A DNA stretch of 64,000 bases from Candidatus Obscuribacterales bacterium (GTDB lineage: Bacteria; Cyanobacteriota; Vampirovibrionia; Obscuribacterales; Obscuribacteraceae). The DNA is taken from contig CBDDIJ010000002.1 of assembly GCA_965228855.1 (NCBI GenBank), positions 2,432,001-2,496,000 on the forward strand, written 5' to 3'. Under the pieces are notes generated by a model. It had not been told where the DNA came from and ran no database searches. It worked only from the letters and a program-made list of their open reading frames with translations. Made by a program: the position numbers and the translations under genes. Shown piece after piece: positions 1 to 9,228 of this stretch (position 1 is its first letter; each line of letters begins with the position of its first letter).

Positions 1-1
1 A

Positions 2-1036
2 GCGCGCAACGGAATAGTAATTACCGATCCGCTTCAACCGGACAATCCAATTATCTTCTCGAACATCGCGTTCAGCGAATTGACCGGTTACGAGTTGAGC
101 GAAATCATTGGGAAAAATTGTCGTTTCTTACAAGGTATGGACAGCGATCAGGCTGAGCTAAATGTACTCCGCTCTGCGATCAAGGAAGAGAAACCGTGCA
201 TTGTGACTCTTCGCAACTACAAAAAGGATGGCACGCTCTTCTGGAATGAATTGAGCGTAGCTCCAGTGATGAATGAAGATGGGATCTGCGTCAATTTCAT
301 AGGCGTTCAAAACGATATAACTGCAAGAAAAGAGGCTGAACGACAAGTATCCGAGTTTCACTCCATGGTGTCGCATGAGTTGCGCACGCCACTCACATCT
401 ATCAAAGCTTCACTGGGTCTGGTAGAGGATGGTGATGCCGGACATATACCCGCACCAGCGAAGCGACTCATTCAGATAGCAACGCAAAACGCCCAGCGCC
501 TTTTGAAACTCGTTGACGACATTCTTGACCTCAAAAGAATGGAATCTGGAAAGCTTCAATTGAACTTCACCATCGTCAACCCGGATGAACTTGTGGAGGA
601 TGCGGTTAACTCGCTCAATGAACTAGCGAAGGCGAATGGTGTTTCCTTTGAAAAGGAAATTGCCACCACTCGTGCTTTCTGCGCGGATCCGGAGCGTGTC
701 ACGCAAGTGCTATTCAATCTCATCGGAAATGCTATTAAGTTTTCCCCTACGAATGGGAAAATAACTATCAGAGTGGAAGATGAGGGCAAACAAATCCGAT
801 TTTCAGTAAAGGACGAGGGACCGGGCATTGCTCAGGATCAACAAGGCAAGCTGTTTCACAAGTTTTCCCAGGTTGACTCCTCCGATACGCGACCGCAGCC
901 TGGAAGTGGTTTGGGTCTATCAATTTCCAAAAAGATTTTGGATTTGCATGGGGGCGAGATAGGCGTAGATAGTAGGCATGGTGAGGGTGCGCTCTTCTGG
1001 TTCGCACTACCAGTGGTGCCAAAGGTGAATGGTTAA
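2..1036 (+). CDS. LOV-domain (flavin PAS) sensor histidine kinase, 5'-truncated by window edge
   Basis: Frame is open from nt 2: ITDPLQPDNPIIFSN..F..LTGY...EIIGKNCRFLQG...NYKKDG..FWN...FIGVQ (canonical LOV). Then HisKA (SHELRTPLTSI) and HATPase N/G1/F/G2 boxes (NAIKF, DEGPGI, GSGLGL). Confidence 0.93.
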   Translation, partial: ARNGIVITDPLQPDNPIIFSNIAFSELTGYELSEIIGKNCRFLQGMDSDQAELNVLRSAIKEEKPCIVTLRNYKKDGTLFWNELSVAPVMNEDGICVNFIGVQNDITARKEAERQVSEFHSMVSHELRTPLTSIKASLGLVEDGDAGHIPAPAKRLIQIATQNAQRLLKLVDDILDLKRMESGKLQLNFTIVNPDELVEDAVNSLNELAKANGVSFEKEIATTRAFCADPERVTQVLFNLIGNAIKFSPTNGKITIRVEDEGKQIRFSVKDEGPGIAQDQQGKLFHKFSQVDSSDTRPQPGSGLGLSISKKILDLHGGEIGVDSRHGEGALFWFALPVVPKVNG

Positions 1037-1040
1037 GGTT

Positions 1041-1742
1041 ATGGCAAAAATTCTAGTAGCTGAGGATGACCGAGACCTGGCAGAAGTGGTGAGCTTCGCT
1101 CTGCAATCGAAGGGGCACATGGTGCAGGTCGTCCATGACGGCAAACAGTGCAGCGATTATCTCAGCACCTGCGAGTACGACCTCATCATACTCGATTGGA
1201 TGATGCCCTGGAAATCTGGTTTGGAGATATGCCAGTGGTTTAGAGCGAAAGGGGGCCGCACTCCAATTTTGATGCTGACCGCCAAGACTAAGATGGACGA
1301 CCGCGAACTTGGTCTCGACAATGGTGCCGACGATTATTTGACCAAGCCATTCGATCAACGCGAACTTGCTGCGCGTGTGCGGGCCTTACTCCGCCGTCCG
1401 GATGTGGTTGTGGGGAATGTTCTGAAAGCTCACGATATTCAACTTGATACAGTTTCTTGCATTGTCACCAGGGGCGGTGCTGAAATTCATTTGCGACCGA
1501 AAGAGTTCAGTCTGCTCGAATTCTTCATGCGACATCCTAATCAAACCTTTTCCACTGATGCATTGCTCCGGCGTGTTTGGCTTGATGACTCAGCCGCTAC
1601 GCCCGACAATCTGAAGACGCATATCAAGATGTTGCGTCAGAAACTCGATACCAATCGAGCGGAATCGATGATAAAGACCATCCGCCGGCGCGGATATGTG
1701 ATGACGACTCAGGATGGGATGGCGGAGTTCGCCGACGAGTGA
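1041..1742 (+). CDS. OmpR/PhoB-family response regulator
   Basis: Receiver domain (ILVAEDD, LDWMMP, LTAK, GADDYLTKPF) plus winged helix (LRPKEF..L, TIRRRGY). Starts 4 nt after the kinase stop; alternative start 1029. Confidence 0.93.
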   Translation: MAKILVAEDDRDLAEVVSFALQSKGHMVQVVHDGKQCSDYLSTCEYDLIILDWMMPWKSGLEICQWFRAKGGRTPILMLTAKTKMDDRELGLDNGADDYLTKPFDQRELAARVRALLRRPDVVVGNVLKAHDIQLDTVSCIVTRGGAEIHLRPKEFSLLEFFMRHPNQTFSTDALLRRVWLDDSAATPDNLKTHIKMLRQKLDTNRAESMIKTIRRRGYVMTTQDGMAEFADE

Positions 1743-1987
1743 ACAATCGTACTCGCACTGCCTGAGAAGGAAGGCTTCGCAACATCTCGTAAAGAATTCT
1801 GAAATAAGCGGGACTGGTTTTTCTCACGCCTTTCCGTCGCTGCTGCGTTTCGAGCAACCTTCGTTTCAAGGCTTTTGAAAGGCCATCTTTAATATTGCTA
1901 ACGATTGCGAGAAGTCAAGTCTTGGGTGTTACTATCCTTCAACGCCCGAGTGGCGCAGCATAGACACGTCTTCTCCAGGAGTTTCCA

Positions 1988-4900
1988 ATGCCGAAGTGGA
2001 ACAAACCCCTTGCGCTTGGCGCAGCGCTTATCTCTTTCCTGCAACCATCTGCGGCATGGGCTGACGGTCGCGGTCAAAATCGTGGACAAGATTGGCAGGC
2101 GGCGCATTTCCTGGAGCTTCACGGGATGTCGCGCGCTGAGCGACATTTGATGCGAACGGAACAGCGTGATGCGCGCATTGAGGCTCGCATGGATCGTGTT
2201 CCCCGATCGTCAGTCGATGCCAGCACCATGGTGCGCAACTTGAGCCGACCTGTACAACCGGCTTTTAGCCTGGGCATGCTGCCGAATAATCTCAACTTGA
2301 AGTCGATGAAGAACACCATCAACTTGAAAAAGTTTGGTTTGTTGGAACCGGTAACCATCACTGCCGGCGGCAAGCAAATCGTTATAGACGGTTCCTCAAG
2401 ACTGACAACGGCTGAGGCTGTTGCGGTCCGGCAAATATTAACCACTGGAACGCAAACCATCGAGCTTTCCGCAAAAGGTGAAGCCGTTGGCGGCTCCATG
2501 GTGCTTAACCAAGATTCCGGTCAGCAACTCGGTCGTTTGATTATTCCGACTGGTGTCACTGTCATCGATAACGGCACCACAGGCGAGATTTCAGTGCGTG
2601 GCAACATCATCAACCAGGGTTCGCTGTATGCACTTTCGAGTAGCGACGGAAACTCTACGACCATCACCGCGCGCAACATCATCAACAGCAAAGGAGGTTT
2701 AGTTACCGGCGCAGTGCCGACGACCTCCAGCGTCGACTTTGGCGATCTCACGCATGGCGTAGACCTTACGCTCATCGCGCAGAATGGCATCTATAACTCT
2801 GGTGACATCACAGGTGGTGCTGGAAATTCGAACGTTCACCTGACCACCAACAATCTTCAGAACAATGGTTCAATTTCGTCCATCGACGGTTCGCTAAACA
2901 TTGACGCGCTCAACAGCCGCGGTAACGTGCGAATCAATAACGTCGGCGGAACGATGTCCGCCACCGCTGGCGATATCAATATTGGAAGCAACAACCTCGC
3001 GTTCACCAGAGAGATAAACATTCTTGGAGGCGATTACAACTCCAAGAACTTGAATTTGAACGGTGGTAATGGCGTTATCAACGGCGTCTTGGGTAATGTC
3101 AGCGGCAAAATGAATACGTCGGCGCGTATCGCGCACGTCGGAACCAACACGGAAACGCTGGTGCTCGGTAACACCTGTATCACAGGCGACCCGACATTCT
3201 GGAATACTGGAAACATCGACATACAGGGCGATATCATTGTCAACGAAGCGCTATCGATATTAGCAACGGGCAATATTACTGACACATCCGGTGTTCAGCA
3301 CATAATTAGAGCCAGAGCCGACAACGGTTCCGGAAAAGAAATCAATATAATCGCTGGTGCGGACCTGACTTCATCGTCAGGAACCAAGAGCCCGATAATC
3401 GGACCTTTTCCAGGCACCGGTTCAGCGATACCGAACGGCGCCAAAGTGACCGTTAAAGGACCGTCTGCAGGTGGTGGCAACATAGATCTTGGGATCAGCA
3501 TAATCGACGCCAGCGCTCAGAAACAGACCAACGGCAACGGTGGTAATGTCACACTCATTGCATACTCGGATGCTAACGGCGATAACGGAAAAATAAAAAT
3601 CTTAGGCTTCGACTCCAGTGTGCCCGGTGATGTGAAAACCAGCATTAATACCGGTGCTAGCGGTTTTGGAGCGGATGGGCACGTCATGATAATTGGCGGC
3701 GGCACAGGTGCTGACGCGATTAACATTGGTTCGATAAACACCATTGGTGGTGGCGGTGGCGTCGGCAACGTAACGATTTCCAATTCCAATGCGGTAGGGA
3801 CCGGAACCGCATCCAGTAACGGGACTCTCGCAGGAAACCTGGCTCCGGGGGCACTCCTGGGCGGAACTATAACAACCAATATTATTCAAACCGGTGGAGG
3901 TTTCCTCAAAATCGAAACTGGTGGAACAGCTGACCTGGGTAAAACTCTTGGTAGTACCAACGGTATCACTTCAACGATCTCCGCGTTCTATATAGGAACT
4001 GGGGGTGCGCTCACTGTTAATGCGGACAAAATAAATGTGCTTGGTGACGTCCGTGCCGATGGGGGGCCTGGAGTACCTGGACTCAGTGCCGGAGCCGGAG
4101 GAAAAGGTGGCTCTGGGACTATTGCTGGGAATGGCGGCGCTCTAACTCTCGCATCTGGTGCCGGTGGTGTCACGGTATCGTCAGGCAAGTTTGTTCTCGC
4201 TATTGGTGGATCTGGTGGCGTAGGGACTGCGGGTGGAACGGCCAAGCCCGGTAAGGGTGGATTGAGTGGCGGTGATGGTGGCGATGGTGGAAATGGCGGA
4301 AAAGTTACGATAACCTCGACTACTGGAGATATCGTCGTGAATTCCGGAGCGATAATTGCAGCGTCCGGTGGTGCCGGTGGCAATGGTGGTGCTGGCAGTG
4401 CTGGCTCTTCTGGAGCGAAGGGTGGCGCCGGCGGTGCAGGCGGAGACGGCGGAGCGGCCGGAGACGGCGGCACATTGCTGATTCAAACGGGATCCGGCAA
4501 CATCAATCTTGCGCTTGCCAGTCAGGTTTTAGCTGGTGGTGGCATCTCGCCGCTTAACCAGGGTGGAAATGGCGGTGCTGGCGGAGCCGGTGGTGCGGGT
4601 ACCGCTGGAGCCGGCGGCAATGGAGGTGCCGGTGGTAACTCTGGAAATGGTGGAGCGGCAGGTAAGCTTACGATTACATCTTCTTCCGGGAACATAAGTC
4701 TTGGCGCGATTCAGAACAATGGCGGAGCCGCTGGAACTGCAGGCGCTGGCGGTGGAGGCGGCTCCGGTACAGGTGGAAATGGTGGCAAGGGCGGTGCCGG
4801 TGGCTCTGGTGGTAATGGTAGCGCCGGTGGTGTTCTGACAATTGACGCCAACGGGTCTGGAACTATTACGACCAACAATGCCATACAAAGTTTCGGCGGC

Positions 4901-7282
4901 AGCGGTGCCAGTGGTGGCGCAGGCGGTGCTGGCGGATCCGGAAGTGTTGCCGGTGGTTCGGGCGGCGCAGGTGGTGCTGGCGGTCAAGGTGGCAATGCCT
5001 CGATTGTCGATATGTCTACTGAGTCAGGAGCGATTCTCGTAAACAACGCATCCGGCGCGGCAAGCCTCGGTGGTAACGGTGGCAATGGTGGTGCGGGTGG
5101 TAATGCCGGCACGGGTGGCAGCGGTTCTGGTGGTAGTGGAGGCAACGGCGGTAACGCAGGAAGCGCTGGCAACGCAAACCTCGTAAAAGTGTCTTCCACC
5201 AGCGGTAATATTGGAATTACCGGCGATGGTACGAGCGCAGGCTTCATTGTCGGTGGTGGCTTGAGTGCTCAGGGCAGTGTCGCCGCTGGAAATGGTGGCG
5301 CAGGCGGTGCTGGTGCTAATGGTTTCAGTGGCGGTGCCGGCGGTTTCGGTGGTAATGGCGGCTCAGTCGGTAGTGCGGGAACGCTCCAGGTCACTTCAAA
5401 CACTGGCAACATCGATTTCAGTCAAAAAATTGTCATCATTGCTGCAAGCGGAGACGCCGGAAGTGGAGGCAGTGGCGGCAAAGGCGGAGATGCCACCAAC
5501 TCTGCTGGAGATGGCGGTAACGCAGGCACTGGTGGTAATGGCGGTACCGGTGGCGTGGGTGGTACCATGAATATCAGCACCGGTGGATCGGTTACGACTG
5601 GTGATAAGTTTACTGCAGATGGTTCCGCTGGCGGTGCCGGTGGCAACGGGGGTGTTGCAGGCAACGGCGGCAGCGCGTCCGGCGATGGGGGCTCCGGGGG
5701 CTCCGGTGGAGATGGTGGCGCCGCCAACAAAGGTGGCAGCATCACGATTTCGGCGCAGAACGTCAGTATGAATAACTTCACCGCCAACGGATCAAGATCC
5801 GGCAACGGTGGCAACGGTCAGAATGGTGGCACGGCGGGTTCCACCGGAAATGGTGGCAATGGTGGTAGTGGCGGTAACGGCGGTGCTGCAGCCGGCGGTG
5901 GTACTGTAAAAATCACATCTACTTCCAACACAAATGCGAACGGAATCACTGTATCCGTTAAAGGTACAGCAGACGGAAGTCAAACCGGTGGTAACGGCGG
6001 AAACGCCGGAGCCGGAGCAGCAGCGGGTGCATCGGGAAGTAAAACCAGCGGCGGTAATGGCGGCAATGGTGGCAGTGCTGGCGGTGGCTCTACAGCTGTC
6101 GGCGGCAATATTACATTGACGACTACTGCGGGCACGATTACGGCAAACGCTCTTAGCGCCAACGGTAATCTTGCCGGACTCGCTCGGAACGGTGGCAGTG
6201 GTGGCAACGGTGGCACGACTTCCAGTAATGGTGATGGTGGTAACGGTGGCAATGGCGGCACTACCGGTAAGGGCGGGTCGATCACTGTCGGCTCCACAAC
6301 CGGCGCCGTAACTGTTGTGGGTCTTTCTGCAGCGGGTCAAGCGGCCTCGGATGGAGGAAACGGAGGAAATGGTGGCAACACCGGAACCTCAGGCGGCGAT
6401 GCCGGAAACGGTGGTGCTGGTGGCTCGTCCGGCGGCGGTGGAAACATCACAGTAAGTACCACCACCGGAGCTATAACGGCCAATAATGCGAACGCGTCCG
6501 GTAACGACAAAAATGGAAGTGGTGGAAATGGTGGCACTGGCGGTTCCGCTGGAAGCGGAGCCGGCGGAGACGGTGGCGCTGGTGGAGCAACTGGCGGCAC
6601 CGGTGGTGGTGGCTCTATCAGTATCACTTCGACATCCGGCGACATAACTGCCCTGGGCGCAGATGCGAGTGCTGGCGTAGCTACCGTTGGAACTGCCGGC
6701 AACGGTGGTACAGGCGGAGCCGGTACGACTTCAGGTGGAGGCGGTGGTGCAGCTGGCTCGACTGGTAATGGAGGTGCCGGTGGTTCCATCAAGATCACTA
6801 CAGGCACATCCAATACGGTCACTCTAGATACCTTGAATGTTTCAGGGGGAAGCGTCTTCAGCCCGGGGGCTACTGGTGGCACGGGTGGAAGTGGACCCGG
6901 CAAAGGCGGAGGCTCGGGCGGTAAAGCTGGAAACGGTTCGTCGGGCGGAGCTGGCGGAACCATCAATCTCACGGGGGCGGTAACCGGTCTGACTACAGTG
7001 ACTGCTGACGGCGGCGATGCGCAAGCGGGCGGTGACGGCGGCGTCGGGGGCGCTGGCGGACCGAAGGGCGGCAAAGGCGGACCTGGAGCCACAGGCGGAA
7101 ATGGCGGCAATGGCGGGACCGTCACGAGCAACGCTGCTCTGGGCGTGACTCCGACTGTCAGTGGTGGGACCGGCGGCGCTGCCGGTTCCGGCGGGACAGG
7201 TGGAACCGGAACCAAACCCGGCAAAGCTGGAAAGCCCGGCAAAGCCGGCATCGACGGCACCAATGGCTCGGTATCGCCATAG
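1988..7282 (+). CDS. Large exported glycine-rich protein (hemagglutinin-like beta-helical N-region plus GGxGG repeat modules), putative adhesin/surface protein
   Basis: Signal-peptide-like start ending AAWA, RBS AGGAG, Asn/Gly/Thr/Ile-rich N-region, then repeated GGxGGxGG tracts alternating with GGTLxIxxxxGxI segments. Confidence 0.75.
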   Translation: MPKWNKPLALGAALISFLQPSAAWADGRGQNRGQDWQAAHFLELHGMSRAERHLMRTEQRDARIEARMDRVPRSSVDASTMVRNLSRPVQPAFSLGMLPNNLNLKSMKNTINLKKFGLLEPVTITAGGKQIVIDGSSRLTTAEAVAVRQILTTGTQTIELSAKGEAVGGSMVLNQDSGQQLGRLIIPTGVTVIDNGTTGEISVRGNIINQGSLYALSSSDGNSTTITARNIINSKGGLVTGAVPTTSSVDFGDLTHGVDLTLIAQNGIYNSGDITGGAGNSNVHLTTNNLQNNGSISSIDGSLNIDALNSRGNVRINNVGGTMSATAGDINIGSNNLAFTREINILGGDYNSKNLNLNGGNGVINGVLGNVSGKMNTSARIAHVGTNTETLVLGNTCITGDPTFWNTGNIDIQGDIIVNEALSILATGNITDTSGVQHIIRARADNGSGKEINIIAGADLTSSSGTKSPIIGPFPGTGSAIPNGAKVTVKGPSAGGGNIDLGISIIDASAQKQTNGNGGNVTLIAYSDANGDNGKIKILGFDSSVPGDVKTSINTGASGFGADGHVMIIGGGTGADAINIGSINTIGGGGGVGNVTISNSNAVGTGTASSNGTLAGNLAPGALLGGTITTNIIQTGGGFLKIETGGTADLGKTLGSTNGITSTISAFYIGTGGALTVNADKINVLGDVRADGGPGVPGLSAGAGGKGGSGTIAGNGGALTLASGAGGVTVSSGKFVLAIGGSGGVGTAGGTAKPGKGGLSGGDGGDGGNGGKVTITSTTGDIVVNSGAIIAASGGAGGNGGAGSAGSSGAKGGAGGAGGDGGAAGDGGTLLIQTGSGNINLALASQVLAGGGISPLNQGGNGGAGGAGGAGTAGAGGNGGAGGNSGNGGAAGKLTITSSSGNISLGAIQNNGGAAGTAGAGGGGGSGTGGNGGKGGAGGSGGNGSAGGVLTIDANGSGTITTNNAIQSFGGSGASGGAGGAGGSGSVAGGSGGAGGAGGQGGNASIVDMSTESGAILVNNASGAASLGGNGGNGGAGGNAGTGGSGSGGSGGNGGNAGSAGNANLVKVSSTSGNIGITGDGTSAGFIVGGGLSAQGSVAAGNGGAGGAGANGFSGGAGGFGGNGGSVGSAGTLQVTSNTGNIDFSQKIVIIAASGDAGSGGSGGKGGDATNSAGDGGNAGTGGNGGTGGVGGTMNISTGGSVTTGDKFTADGSAGGAGGNGGVAGNGGSASGDGGSGGSGGDGGAANKGGSITISAQNVSMNNFTANGSRSGNGGNGQNGGTAGSTGNGGNGGSGGNGGAAAGGGTVKITSTSNTNANGITVSVKGTADGSQTGGNGGNAGAGAAAGASGSKTSGGNGGNGGSAGGGSTAVGGNITLTTTAGTITANALSANGNLAGLARNGGSGGNGGTTSSNGDGGNGGNGGTTGKGGSITVGSTTGAVTVVGLSAAGQAASDGGNGGNGGNTGTSGGDAGNGGAGGSSGGGGNITVSTTTGAITANNANASGNDKNGSGGNGGTGGSAGSGAGGDGGAGGATGGTGGGGSISITSTSGDITALGADASAGVATVGTAGNGGTGGAGTTSGGGGGAAGSTGNGGAGGSIKITTGTSNTVTLDTLNVSGGSVFSPGATGGTGGSGPGKGGGSGGKAGNGSSGGAGGTINLTGAVTGLTTVTADGGDAQAGGDGGVGGAGGPKGGKGGPGATGGNGGNGGTVTSNAALGVTPTVSGGTGGAAGSGGTGGTGTKPGKAGKPGKAGIDGTNGSVSP

Positions 7283-7548
7283 CGCTGCTTGAGCATAGAA
7301 ACAGGCGGCGGTGAGAATTTCAGTAATCTGTCTCGGGCTTTGCAGCGTCAAGAGTCTTCTTGGCAATGCTGCCGAGATGAGCGATATGTCATACTGTGTC
7401 TTCCTAATCGAGGCAGTTTCGCTGTTAAGTCTCTGCGGGCTGTGGCGTCTTGACTGACCGCCTCGACGATTGGTGTTTGCCGATCATGGTGCACCACAGG
7501 TGGTGCAAGAAACCCGTCAGCATGCAGTTAACTTCAAAGGAGAAGGTT

Positions 7549-8118
7549 ATGGTAAAACGGTTTTTGGGCGCATTTGCAATCGCGTCGCTCGTTGTGGCAC
7601 CGGCGATTGCTGCGGACTATCCGAAGATCGCATATGATGCGAAGTACACTATGAAGTCGCCACAGGGATCTTCTGAGATGCGCATGGCCTCAGACGGCGC
7701 AGGCAAACTTTTGACTGCCACAAAGATGGCTGGGATGTCGACAACCTCGATCGTGGATTACACGAATATGACCAGCACCACATTGATTGACGCCAACAAG
7801 ATGGCGATGGTTAACAAACTTCCGGCGACTCAGAAATACATGGGCGATGCCGATGCAATCAAGAAAAATGGTGGCAAAGATCTCGGCACTAAGACTATCG
7901 CTGGTCATCCGTGCCACGGTTGGGAGTACACCACTGATGGTGCCAAATCAGAGTGTTGGATTGGTGATGACATCAAGACGATGGTTCAATCGACGAGTAC
8001 TACTAAGCAGGGGAAAACTGTCATGACGCTTACGAGCTTCAAGGCTGGCGCTCCGGCTGCGAGTGATTTCAAAATTCCGGCAGGATACAAAATGATGAAG
8101 GTTCCTGGTGCTGGTTAA
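7549..8118 (+). CDS. Secreted protein, DUF4412-like
   Basis: RBS AAGGAG, signal peptide (MVKRFLG...PAIAA), LGTKTIAGHPCHGW and C-terminal FKIPAGYK motif. Confidence 0.6.
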   Translation: MVKRFLGAFAIASLVVAPAIAADYPKIAYDAKYTMKSPQGSSEMRMASDGAGKLLTATKMAGMSTTSIVDYTNMTSTTLIDANKMAMVNKLPATQKYMGDADAIKKNGGKDLGTKTIAGHPCHGWEYTTDGAKSECWIGDDIKTMVQSTSTTKQGKTVMTLTSFKAGAPAASDFKIPAGYKMMKVPGAG

Positions 8119-8199
8119 GGCTCGAAACCCTTTGCTATTTTAGCGTTTCGGTTTTAGTTCCAGTATCTGAAAAGTAACTGAGGATCCGATCGGATACCG

Positions 8200-8248
8200 G
8201 CCCGTCACGTTGGAGAGTAACAATTACCTCCCACGGGACGGGCTTTTT
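8200..8248 (+). terminator. Rho-independent terminator-like hairpin
   Basis: GCCCGTC(8200-8206)/GACGGGC(8237-8243) outer stem with further inner pairing (GTAA-caa-TTAC), followed by TTTTT. Confidence 0.6.
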
Positions 8249-8357
8249 CGCGATCATGGTTACCAAAAATTGGAGATCACAACTTATTCGTTGTAAGTCG
8301 TTTTAAAATTTGTCTGTTGCCATCGGCAATAGTCGTAGTTGGACGTATGGAAAAAAT

Positions 8358-9212
8358 ATGAAACTCAAACCTCTATTCCTTTCAGTAGGCCTCGCATTCA
8401 TGATTAACTCAGCTGCAACGGCTGCAGAAACGCCGAAACTTGAATTTCCGCAACCGAGCCCGTCCTGCACTCTCAAGCAGCGCGTCGGTTTGACGGATGT
8501 TGAAGTCACCTATTCGAGACCCGGTAAAAAAGATCGCGAGATTTTTGGAACGGTCGTACCATACGACAAGGTTTGGCGCACTGGAGCTAATGCAGCTACT
8601 AAAGTGGTTTTCAGCACTCCCGTCAAATTGAATGGCAATGACGTTCCCGCTGGCACGTATGCATTGATGACCATTCCCGGCAAAGAAGAATGGACGATCA
8701 TCATCAACAAGAACACCGATCAATGGGGTTCCTACAAATACGATGAAAAGCAAGACCTGGTTCGTTTCAAAGCAAAACCGCTTGAACTAGCAAAGTCAGT
8801 CGATGCATTCACAATCGAATTCAACGATATTCGTGATGAATCCTCGAATTTGAACCTCACATGGGACAAAACATCTGTTCCGATCAAGCTCGAAGTTTCT
8901 TACGTTGAAAAACTGATGGCTGACATTGATAAGGTGATGTCATCTGATGATGCGAAGAAACCGTACTTCCAAGCAGCTGCGTTTTATTTCAATCACGGCG
9001 GAGACCTGGCTAAGGCAAGCAAGTGGGTTGATCAGGCAATAGCTGAGCGCGAGGCGTTTTACATCGTTCACCTGAAGGCTCAAATTCTTGCAAAACAAGG
9101 CGAGAAAAAAGAAGCGCTTGCAGCTGCAAAACGTTCAAGCGAACTTGCTGAAAAAGCCAATGATGGCGCCTATGTCCGCCTGAACGACGAACTTATCAAA
9201 AAGCTCCAGTAG
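8358..9212 (+). CDS. DUF2911-domain secreted protein with C-terminal TPR-like helices
   Basis: Signal peptide, PQPSP...QRVGLTDVEVTYSRP...VPYDKVWRTGANAAT signature, helical C-terminus. Start moved to ATG 8358. Confidence 0.8.
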   Translation: MKLKPLFLSVGLAFMINSAATAAETPKLEFPQPSPSCTLKQRVGLTDVEVTYSRPGKKDREIFGTVVPYDKVWRTGANAATKVVFSTPVKLNGNDVPAGTYALMTIPGKEEWTIIINKNTDQWGSYKYDEKQDLVRFKAKPLELAKSVDAFTIEFNDIRDESSNLNLTWDKTSVPIKLEVSYVEKLMADIDKVMSSDDAKKPYFQAAAFYFNHGGDLAKASKWVDQAIAEREAFYIVHLKAQILAKQGEKKEALAAAKRSSELAEKANDGAYVRLNDELIKKLQ

Positions 9213-9228
9213 TTTAGTTGGTAAAACG

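Noticed and set aside
3988..7366. Long Pro-rich minus-strand ORFs (e.g. 6337-7296, 319 aa)
   Set aside because: Antisense shadows of the GGN-codon-rich giant gene; no independent coding signal.
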